From a virus (Duplodnaviria; Caudoviricetes): a stretch of 48,041 nucleotides of DNA. The first letter of the stretch is position 1; the number at the start of each line of letters is the position of its first letter. Below, piece after piece: positions 39,961 through 46,908 of the stretch. The notes under the pieces are model-generated. The model did not search any database, was not told where the DNA came from, and saw nothing but the letters and a program-made list of their open reading frames with translations. The position numbers and the translations under genes are program-made. The DNA lies in IMG/VR virus record IMGVR_UViG_3300045000_000008, positions 1 to 48,041 of that record; one strand, written 5' to 3'.

Positions 39961-41605
39961 TAGAATCCTCAATTTCCCAGGGCCACCGACCACTACGGCC
40001 GGACTCAATGTGCTGAATCATTCCGAAAGATGCATCCGAGAAACCCCCACCGAACACGTGCAGGTTTTCCCAGTTAGCTGGCTGATGACCAGCCTTGTAA
40101 CCGGCAAGGTTCCACGTGTAGATCGGAACCTTTACAGGCACAATATTACGAGCAGCGGTCATGGACTTATCAAAGGCCGAATGCAGACTCCATCCCTGTG
40201 TCTGTTCGTCAGTCAGGATGATGATCCGGTCATAACCGTAGTACCACTGCCGAACCGCAGACGGGATATCCGTGTAACTAATCTGGTGGAACTTCTCAAT
40301 AATCTTGAGAACAGATGCGCCCGGCTCAACCTGAATACTGTTAGAGGAGCCACCGAACTGGACAAGCTCACTACCAGGATTCCGCACTGCCATCACGGCA
40401 CCGAAGATGGTAGCCGCATCGTAGTACGTAAGCGAACTCTTCTCGCTGATCTTCTCGTACGTCATAGACGGCGAGACGTCAACGAGAATGAGGTTCCGCC
40501 CACCGAGTACTGGAATGTTCGTAAGCGTATCGTTGAGGCCAAGCTCAAGTGCCCATGACCAACGCAGGCTAGGAGCATTGCGGTAAGCGTTCAGGAAGCG
40601 CATTGGCAGAGCCCGCGACTTCCTGATCTGAGCAAGGTCCGTAATCGTCGGGAAGATGTGCTCCTGCGCAAACCTGTCGGTGATGCCGACCTTGTCAAAG
40701 TTGCGCAGGTTACGAAGGATAGCCATCGTACCCATGTTCGGGATGACGGCTTCCCAAGCTTCCTTGTCCATCGAACCAAGCCAAGCCGAGACGTTCTCCC
40801 AACCCATCTCAGCCGCCGAGAAGGCATCTGTGTTGCCAAGAAAATCGCGACGCAGGTCCTGAGGGATAGCCATGATGGCGCGACGTGCGTTGATCTTAGG
40901 CAGGAATTCGAGTTCGGCAAGCGTGGACTCAGCCTCCGGGCCACGGTGCTCCCACTCAGTAATGTAATTAAAGAGATGGGACTGCCACTCAGCCTGAGGC
41001 CTCGGACGGCAGAGACGGATCACGTCGGCCATGCCCACTGCCGAAGTCGAGTTCGCCGCCCACCTCAAGTACGAACGCTCATTAATGAGACGGGTGAATG
41101 CGTCGCCGAGACCCTTCTTAACCGGCTGCGCAATTGGCTTCGGGTAGAGCGAGAGGTAGTACGCCAGCATCTCTTGTGGCTCATCCGCACGAGCACAAGC
41201 CGCGTCGATGATCTGCCGATTGATAGTGCCCTGAGTGGTGATGTCCTTCTCACCCCGAGTTGCCGTGTGCGCGAGTCGGCCCATGACAGCCTCAACCGCC
41301 ATCACTCCGGCTACAGTCCTCATCATGGCGCCGTTACGCACCCAGCGGACGAACTCCAGCATCCACTTGCCGTCTTGAATAGCGACCTGACGAGTGAGGG
41401 ACCGCAAGCGTGAATAGCGAGCGTCCGACTTCTCATAGAAGTTCGAGTCGCCACCCATAAACGAAACAGCCAAGAGGTACAGCTCGCTCTTTGCGTCACG
41501 CTCATAGCCGATAGCACCGTAGTGATTCGTAATGGTGTTGCCGGTCGTCTGAATGGCCGAAGACTTCTTGTTGGTGTGCGTGTCCTTGCTGTTGAAGCGC
41601 GACAT
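39950..41605 (-). CDS. rsr: Ro60/TROVE domain RNA-binding protein (Rsr) with C-terminal vWA domain
   Basis: ELYLLAV, RADEP, KKGLGDA, MAILRNLRNF, PMRFLNAY, MIDAS DVSPSM, LTDEQ, WNLAGY; GGGAGG RBS. Confidence 0.93.
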   Translation of the reverse strand: MSRFNSKDTHTNKKSSAIQTTGNTITNHYGAIGYERDAKSELYLLAVSFMGGDSNFYEKSDARYSRLRSLTRQVAIQDGKWMLEFVRWVRNGAMMRTVAGVMAVEAVMGRLAHTATRGEKDITTQGTINRQIIDAACARADEPQEMLAYYLSLYPKPIAQPVKKGLGDAFTRLINERSYLRWAANSTSAVGMADVIRLCRPRPQAEWQSHLFNYITEWEHRGPEAESTLAELEFLPKINARRAIMAIPQDLRRDFLGNTDAFSAAEMGWENVSAWLGSMDKEAWEAVIPNMGTMAILRNLRNFDKVGITDRFAQEHIFPTITDLAQIRKSRALPMRFLNAYRNAPSLRWSWALELGLNDTLTNIPVLGGRNLILVDVSPSMTYEKISEKSSLTYYDAATIFGAVMAVRNPGSELVQFGGSSNSIQVEPGASVLKIIEKFHQISYTDIPSAVRQWYYGYDRIIILTDEQTQGWSLHSAFDKSMTAARNIVPVKVPIYTWNLAGYKAGHQPANWENLHVFGGGFSDASFGMIQHIESGRSGRWPWEIEDSNVS

Positions 41606-41733
41606 TACTTTTCCTCCCACTCAACAAACGTGATACAACGCTGGCCGCTCTTGTTCCTCTTGTCTCCGGCAGATGCACCACACTTGCAGTGCTCATAAAA
41701 GCCGTCCCACATATAAGCCTTGTGCTTATGCAT
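41605..41733 (-). CDS. 42-aa His/Cys protein translationally coupled to rsr
   Basis: MHKHKAYMWDGFYEHCKCG...RC...; its TAA overlaps the rsr ATG (TAATG). Confidence 0.55.
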   Translation of the reverse strand: MHKHKAYMWDGFYEHCKCGASAGDKRNKSGQRCITFVEWEEK

Positions 41734-42076
41734 CGCGAGCCTTCTCAATCTCTTGAAGGTACCTACTAAATTGGCGGGCACTCATATACCTCTTGCCTAG
41801 ATACTTCTGCCGGATCCTGTGTTGCTTATTCGCTGTCTCTAGATTCGCCTTAGCATCCTGGATAGTGATGCTAAGAGTTTCCTCAAGCTCTGGAGAAACG
41901 CTGATCTGATCCTCGAAGACCCTGATCACTTCTCCGGCTAGCATCATAAGTGGCTGAGCCATGACCTCATCGTGCCTGATGATGTCTGCGGCCATCCGTT
42001 GCGGAAGGGTTCTTCCCAAAATGAATAAGACAACGCTTAGAACTGCTGCCAGTAGAACCAACCAATCTAAGAACAT
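41726..42076 (-). CDS. Membrane-anchored hypothetical protein
   Basis: GGAGG RBS; N-terminal TM. Confidence 0.7.
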   Translation of the reverse strand: MFLDWLVLLAAVLSVVLFILGRTLPQRMAADIIRHDEVMAQPLMMLAGEVIRVFEDQISVSPELEETLSITIQDAKANLETANKQHRIRQKYLGKRYMSARQFSRYLQEIEKARDA

Positions 42077-42098
42077 ACAACCTCCTAACATGGGCAAT

Positions 42099-42144
42099 AA
42101 AAAAGAGGCCAAGCATCCGAGTAGACAGGACACCTGGCCTCTTT
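42099..42144 (-). terminator. Intrinsic terminator ending the RNA cluster
   Basis: AAAGAGGCCA...TGGCCTCTTT stem followed by T run on the minus strand. Confidence 0.75.
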
Positions 42145-42171
42145 CCCTCCGCTCCCCAGCGAAAGTTTGAG

Positions 42172-42242
42172 ACACCTAGTTAAGCTAAGCGAAAGACGTA
42201 TTACTTTGCGAAGAAGTAACGCCTTTCATTCACACCAGGTGT
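42172..42242 (-). ncRNA. Short Y RNA-like (71 nt)
   Basis: Terminal helix ACACCUGGU/ACUAGGUGU; GUUACUUC core shared with the other three copies. Confidence 0.75.
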
Positions 42243-42254
42243 TATATGGAGTTT

Positions 42255-42416
42255 TTACTGCCGACGATATGCCGCGACTGCTGGCCAGTGACCAAGAGCC
42301 ACAGCCAAAGCGAGGAAGGCGAGTCCGAGTGCGGTAAGGTTAACCGCAACCGAGAGCCCCAGTACCACGAGTACAAAGCAAATGAATGCCAGCACTGCAC
42401 AGATGAGAGAACCCAT
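42255..42416 (-). CDS. 53-aa two-TM membrane protein
   Basis: GGGAGGTG RBS; MGSLICAVLAFICFVLVVLGLSVAVNLTALGLAFLALAVALGHWPAVAAYRRQ. Confidence 0.7.
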   Translation of the reverse strand: MGSLICAVLAFICFVLVVLGLSVAVNLTALGLAFLALAVALGHWPAVAAYRRQ

Positions 42417-42444
42417 GTTATTCACCTCCCTTACAAGTTAGAGA

Positions 42445-42584
42445 GATAGCTAGTGGAGCTGTTCGAGAAAGTGCTTTTATCTTTGCTCTACCAACTGAGC
42501 TACGAAGAGGTTACCCCCTTCGGGTGGACTCGAACCACCGCACCAGATTCCAATGAAGTAACTCTCTCTGACACACTAGCTATC
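42445..42584 (-). ncRNA. yrlA: YrlA-like Y RNA with permuted tRNA-like domain
   Basis: GAUAGCUAGUG/CACUAGCUAUC helix; GUUACUUC; T arm GGUGG-UUCGAGU-CCACC, 8-bp acceptor-like stem capped by GUAA, then D arm GCUC-AGUUGGUA-GAGC. Confidence 0.88.
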
Positions 42585-42627
42585 ATTCTCAGCATTTTGT
42601 TACGCCAGAGCCTCGAACAACTGGCCG

Positions 42628-42700
42628 TACCCCCAACGGGATTTGAACCCGTGCTACCGCCTTGAAAGGGCAGTGTCCTAGGCCGCTAGACGATGGGGAC
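42628..42700 (-). tRNA. tRNA-Glu(TTC)
   Basis: Cloverleaf; CTGCC-CTTTCAA-GGCGG anticodon arm; T loop TTCAAAT. Confidence 0.92.
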
Positions 42701-42798
42701 TAGCAGGGGAGAGCAGATTGGACCAGCCTTGTCTTCCTGCCGATAGGCTTAAGAAACCGTACAGAAACCGTACTGACTATCCATTGCCACTCTCCCCC
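42701..42798 (-). ncRNA. Unclassified tRNA-shaped structured RNA
   Basis: GGGGAGA/TCTCCCC closing stem with four internal hairpins; non-canonical T arm. Confidence 0.45.
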
Positions 42799-42840
42799 TG
42801 GGGTTTAAGTTATCTGGTGAAAACCCTTAAAAATCACCCG

Positions 42841-42911
42841 CTCCTCCACCAGGATTCGAACCTAGACTGTCTGATCCAAAAGCAGACGTGCTGCCATTAC
42901 ACCATGGAGGA
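42841..42911 (-). tRNA. tRNA-Gln(TTG)
   Basis: TCCTCCA/TGGAGGA acceptor; loop TTTTGGA; T loop TTCGAAT. Confidence 0.9.
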
Positions 42912-43004
42912 TAATAGGCGACGTCGGGAAGGCTAGCCTTGCACGCCCAACCAGCCCAAGCGTACTTCCCGACGTTCTTATGTGGCTGTCCACGCCGTTC
43001 AGTT

Positions 43005-43199
43005 TTAGTACTGTGTCTTACCAATCATATCACCTGGATAGACTGGCTTACCCTTTGTTTCGTGGTTCAGGTCACAAGTAAAGGTGTCGGAGCCTCGCTG
43101 TAGCCTTCCCGAAAGTCTAGCAGTAGGGAAGTGCGCCCGTCGTCCGCAAGTCTTGCACTTGAGATCAAGGGGAGCGAACCAACCAATCGGAGTTTTCAT
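43005..43199 (-). CDS. Small Zn-ribbon-like protein
   Basis: CKTC...C-x3-H; ATGA overlap with upstream ORF. Confidence 0.6.
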   Translation of the reverse strand: MKTPIGWFAPLDLKCKTCGRRAHFPTARLSGRLQRGSDTFTCDLNHETKGKPVYPGDMIGKTQY

Positions 43200-43360
43200 C
43201 CTACGGCCGTACTCGGGTCGCCGATTCCGTTGAAGAATCCGCCTGCCGCTTCAAGAACGAACCTTGCACCCTGCCCTAGAGCAGAACCAACTTCTCCACC
43301 ACCAACACCAAACAGAATCAATACTGCGATTACGGCTAGGAGAACCACCACCTTAGGCAT
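43196..43360 (-). CDS. 54-aa membrane protein
   Basis: AAAGGA RBS; MPKVVVLLAVIAVLILFGVGGG... Confidence 0.65.
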   Translation of the reverse strand: MPKVVVLLAVIAVLILFGVGGGEVGSALGQGARFVLEAAGGFFNGIGDPSTAVG

Positions 43361-43390
43361 TTCTTTCCTTTCATCAAATGAGAGTAAATA

Positions 43391-43505
43391 GGAGGCCGCC
43401 GAGATTGATTACTCGGATCTCCCTCAATTTGTGGACTCATGGGTTGTCCTCTAAAGGGGGCTCTTTGGCTGATCCCACTCAATATCAGTCTTGAGCTACG
43501 GCCTT
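43391..43505 (-). ncRNA. Unclassified tRNA-like RNA
   Basis: AGGCCG/CGGCCT acceptor-like stem, UA linker, GCUCAA/UUGAGU D-like arm, CCGAG/CUCGG T-like arm adjoining the 3' strand. Confidence 0.55.
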
Positions 43506-43506
43506 G

Positions 43507-43580
43507 TCGGAATAACAGGATTCGAACCTGTGACCCCCTGTTCCCAAAACAGGTGCGCTACCAAGCTGCGCCATATTCCG
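43507..43580 (-). tRNA. tRNA-Pro(TGG)
   Basis: CGGAATA/TATTCCG acceptor; CCTGT-TTTGGGA-ACAGG; TTCGAAT. Confidence 0.95.
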
Positions 43581-43582
43581 GA

Positions 43583-43732
43583 GAATGCCTAGTGAAGCGA
43601 TTAGAGAAAGCAACGTTAGCGCTCTACCAACTGAGCTACTACATCGTAACACGAAGTTAGAAGTAGGCTGGATTCGAACCAGCGCCTCTCACTTGACAGG
43701 TGAAGTAACTCTCTCATTCACACTAGACATTC
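43583..43732 (-). ncRNA. yrlA: YrlA-like Y RNA with permuted tRNA-like domain
   Basis: GAAUGUCUAGUG/CACUAGGCAUUC helix; GUUACUUC; T arm GCUGG-UUCGAAU-CCAGC; closed acceptor-like stem; D arm GCUC-AGUUGGUA-GAGC. Confidence 0.88.
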
Positions 43733-43800
43733 AGTTGTTTTGGTGGCCCGTTTCTTCCCCTGGTGGGCCAGACCAGCCGCCCGGTCTTGGAAGTTTAAAG

Positions 43801-43871
43801 ACGGCCTAGTGAAGCTGTATCCGAAGGTGTTTTCGCCAAATGAAGTAACCCTCAGGTTCACACCAGGCCGT
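43801..43871 (-). ncRNA. Short Y RNA-like (71 nt)
   Basis: ACGGCCUGGUG/CACUAGGCCGU helix; CUGAGGGU/ACCUUCGG helix; GUUACUUC core. Confidence 0.75.
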
Positions 43872-43888
43872 GGCCGCCTCTCCCTGGC

Positions 43889-43924
43889 TAATACCAGTAT
43901 AGCACGGTATTAATCTTGGGTCAA
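43889..43924 (-). promoter_or_regulatory. SigA-type promoter of RNA cluster with overlapping palindrome
   Basis: TTGACC-N17-TATACT with TG extension; TAATACC-N10-GGTATTA around the -10. Confidence 0.75.
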
Positions 43925-44305
43925 AAGGAAAGTATAGAAGCCAGAATCGAAGTTCTGGATGAAATTGTTGACGTTCTCATACCGCTTGAGCGTGATCGCT
44001 GTGGGGTAGTCTGTATCCTTGTAGAAATCCGTCGCTGGGTAGGCGGATACAATATTGGGACAGACCATAACGGTTTCAGCCCAAGAGCATTCACTCTTGA
44101 TGTAATAAGCGACTGGGCACTGCTGAGCCTCACGTCGCTTCCCCTTGATTCCCCTTGCCTGGAGAACTTCCGCGATTTCATAGGGGGTAAGCTTGTTCAA
44201 GCTACTCAGAAGCTTGTCCAGATCCCCCACGATCTCCGCGTGGCTCAGGATAGGTTGTACAGTCGTCGTTGCATTGACCGTCAGTTCCATGAGCGTGTAC
44301 CACAA
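43910..44305 (-). CDS. Hypothetical phage protein (start uncertain, possibly downstream)
   Basis: EIA..L...GIKG...CPVA.Y...FI..FD.G.Y pattern. Confidence 0.65.
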   Translation of the reverse strand: MWYTLMELTVNATTTVQPILSHAEIVGDLDKLLSSLNKLTPYEIAEVLQARGIKGKRREAQQCPVAYYIKSECSWAETVMVCPNIVSAYPATDFYKDTDYPTAITLKRYENVNNFIQNFDSGFYTFLLTQD

Positions 44306-44400
44306 CCTCTTCTTCGGTTTTGTTGGTAATTAGCTTCTGCGCCCTGACTCGCTGGTCTTCACGCGAGATGCCTATGGGAGCGAAGAGATGTCGACTCAAA

Positions 44401-45171
44401 TCATACGTCCTTAATACTGTAGCCAAGGTGACCAGTAATCGTGTAGTGCATTTCGGACCAATCCTTCAAGCCTAACCTACTAGATCCGCTCATAAACTTA
44501 TCACACTGATTACACGCGATGATACTGCGCTTCTCCTTCTGAACACCACGAACGGCGATAGTGTTACCGAATCCATCAGTGATGTCTTCCAGCTCTTGCC
44601 ATCTGAGTTGGCGAGGGGGTACTCCCGTGAGTTGGATTATGGAGTTCTTCTGATCAGAGATGATCCTACCCCTGAGAGATTCGACCTTAGCATTGAGCAT
44701 CGCGTTCTTCTCTACAAGGCTGTTGTTGATTCGCCTAAGCCTATCGACCTCTTCGTTGTCGACAACCCTCGGCTCGATAGCCGCCTTTGGAGTCTTGAAC
44801 TCTGCCGCTGAGCTGTCTGCCATGTAATAGGCATTGAGTTCACGCTGTGCCTGATCAGCCTTGTGACGAAAGCTTCCCCGATAGTGAGAGGTTCCCGTCT
44901 CTTTTGCGTTGTCCAAAGCAATAGCAGTTGAAATGCCCGTTACCACACCGCCCAAAGCCGTGGGGATCAAGGTAATAAAAGACGGACCAAGCATGGAGGT
45001 AAGTAATACTCCTACACTGAGGAGCAAAATCCCCAATGAGATCAAGACATAGGTCCTGCGCAACGCGGCCAAGCGAGTTTCGTAGTGCCTTTTGGTGTCG
45101 TCTGCCTTAGACTGTAGCTCAAAACCCATTGCTAGCCACTCAGCCTCTGTAAATTTTGACTTGTCAAGCAT
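44401..45171 (-). CDS. Two-TM membrane protein with coiled coil and C-terminal CxxC...H...H
   Basis: 256-aa ORF coupled to helicase gene. Confidence 0.7.
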   Translation of the reverse strand: MLDKSKFTEAEWLAMGFELQSKADDTKRHYETRLAALRRTYVLISLGILLLSVGVLLTSMLGPSFITLIPTALGGVVTGISTAIALDNAKETGTSHYRGSFRHKADQAQRELNAYYMADSSAAEFKTPKAAIEPRVVDNEEVDRLRRINNSLVEKNAMLNAKVESLRGRIISDQKNSIIQLTGVPPRQLRWQELEDITDGFGNTIAVRGVQKEKRSIIACNQCDKFMSGSSRLGLKDWSEMHYTITGHLGYSIKDV

Positions 45172-46696
45172 CTTGAAGCTCCGAAGGGTCGAAGGTCTCT
45201 CCCGTTAACTCAATTATACCACGTGGGGCAAGCATTTGCTTAAGCCACAAAGCTTTCTTGCCAATTCTTTCCAGCCTGTAGTCATCTACAGTGTCCTTGG
45301 CAACGATATCGATTACCTGAATGGGTTCTGCATCGTTGTCAATACGATAAATACGGTCTTCGGCCTGTGCGTTCTTACTTGGATTCCAGTCTCGATCCAC
45401 AAAGACCACTGTATGGGCACGATTGAGGGTGATTGATGTTCCCGCAGCTCCAATCGTTCCAACAAAAACTCTTGTTGCACCTCCCTGGAAAGAGGACACT
45501 GCCGCGTCTCGTTGGTTCTGGCTTGTTACTGACCCCGTTATTTTCGAGACGGGGATCTTTTTGCGCTTGCATCTGTCCTCCACCAGGTTAGCGAAGTCTG
45601 AGAACTGTGAGAATACTACGAAAGGCTCGTCCTCATTCGTCTCAAGCAACTCAAACAAGCCGTCTAGCTTAGCAGATGGTTCCTCTACTCGGATAGAAGG
45701 ACCAGCCGGACGCTTCGGCTTCTTTCCTTTTCGTCCTCCGAGTTCCCAGAGGTAGTGGGCTTCCTCGAATTCGGCGACTGCTTCGTAGTAGGTTTGCCAG
45801 TCTGACTCTGTCCAATCGATACTACACGCACCGAGTGCCATCTTTTGCAGTCGTTGCAATACAGATATGGCGATAGGCGCGACGAGGTCATGATCATCAT
45901 CCCCAAGATTAGCGATATGGAAATCGGCCATATCGTTATACATCTTGCGCTGCTTGGGGGAGAGTTCGACTTCAATCCTAGAGTAAGACTTCTTTGGCAT
46001 GTCCTCCCGAACGTCAAACAATGTGCGCCTGATGTAAAACGGATCTATCTCTTCGTGGAGCTTGTCAATATTCTTTACACCCGTGACTTGCCTGTACCCA
46101 GAATAGTCGTTCCACTCAAGGTAAGTGTTGAAGAACTTCCAAAAGGCACTGTAATGCTTAGGATAAAGCCAATTGAGGATGGACCATAGGTCTTGCGGCT
46201 TGTCATCCGCAGGGGTACCAGTGAGAGCAGTCTTGACACGACACTTAATCTTCTTAAGTTCACGGGTTCTAGCCGCTTGTCGATTCTTAGCAAGGTGAGC
46301 CTCATCTGCAATGACGTGGTCCCATATAATCTTTCCGTCATTGATTTCCTCAACCTTGACTAAGACATCCCAATGTATGAGGTAGTAGTCGTACTTCCTG
46401 GCTCCGGAAGCAAGCTCTCCCTCAAAAGCGCCTCTGTTTTTTGGGTCAACGGTACATATACGTCGTGCTTCAATGCCAAATTCCAAGAGATGACGTCGCC
46501 ATACCGCAAGACCATTCTTCTGACAGATAATGAGGGTCCGAATATGAGATCCAGGCTTTCCATGTTCCTTCCTCAGATCCAGGTCAAGCCCGATTCCAGT
46601 AACAGTCTTACCTACCCCCATCGAGTCGCCGACCAGCCTAGCCCGAACGTTACGAAACTTCTCTACTACTTCAACCTGATGTGGGAGTAGTTTCAT
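45164..46696 (-). CDS. SNF2-family (SF2) helicase
   Basis: MGVGKT, IADEAH, LTGTP, QAEDRIYR. Confidence 0.92.
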   Translation of the reverse strand: MKLLPHQVEVVEKFRNVRARLVGDSMGVGKTVTGIGLDLDLRKEHGKPGSHIRTLIICQKNGLAVWRRHLLEFGIEARRICTVDPKNRGAFEGELASGARKYDYYLIHWDVLVKVEEINDGKIIWDHVIADEAHLAKNRQAARTRELKKIKCRVKTALTGTPADDKPQDLWSILNWLYPKHYSAFWKFFNTYLEWNDYSGYRQVTGVKNIDKLHEEIDPFYIRRTLFDVREDMPKKSYSRIEVELSPKQRKMYNDMADFHIANLGDDDHDLVAPIAISVLQRLQKMALGACSIDWTESDWQTYYEAVAEFEEAHYLWELGGRKGKKPKRPAGPSIRVEEPSAKLDGLFELLETNEDEPFVVFSQFSDFANLVEDRCKRKKIPVSKITGSVTSQNQRDAAVSSFQGGATRVFVGTIGAAGTSITLNRAHTVVFVDRDWNPSKNAQAEDRIYRIDNDAEPIQVIDIVAKDTVDDYRLERIGKKALWLKQMLAPRGIIELTGETFDPSELQDA

Positions 46697-46908
46697 TCCT
46701 TCTCTTCCCACCCAGTAGAGAGACAGATCCATTTCTTATTAGGGCATCCACAGCTTCGGAAGTTAGACATGCCACGATGGCGCAAGTTCTGGCCACACTC
46801 AGTACAAGAGGGCCAGTACTCGATGAGTTCCTTGTTGAATGTGGACTTGCCAACCTTCTTAGCTGACGCTTGCGCTCTCTTGTTCCGACCCTGTATTGAG
46901 CCTGCCAT
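46693..46908 (-). CDS. Small Cys-containing protein
   Basis: CTEC...CGC; GGAGG RBS; ATGA overlap with helicase. Confidence 0.6.
   Translation of the reverse strand: MAGSIQGRNKRAQASAKKVGKSTFNKELIEYWPSCTECGQNLRHRGMSNFRSCGCPNKKWICLSTGWEEKE

Noticed and set aside
42485-42540. D-arm and T-arm sequences (also 43620-43683) as ordinary tRNA genes or pseudogenes
   Set aside because: On the transcribed strand the T arm precedes the D arm and the acceptor stem is closed by a loop, which is the YrlA arrangement
43741-43790. Two small hairpins ending in ACCA on the minus strand as a minihelix RNA
   Set aside because: Stems of only 5-6 bp could arise by chance; insufficient support
42453-43809. ORF-track calls overlapping RNA genes (42453-42665, 42718-42936, 42827-43024, 43439-43660, 43585-43809)
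   Set aside because: They overlap tRNA or Y RNA genes and lack RBS or protein-like features
42172-43871. Recurring CTAGTGAAGC / GAAGTAAC / CACAC(C/T)AG motifs as a CRISPR array or DNA repeat family
   Set aside because: Spacing is irregular, copies diverge with compensatory pairing and enclose tRNA-like arms; better explained as Y RNA paralogs
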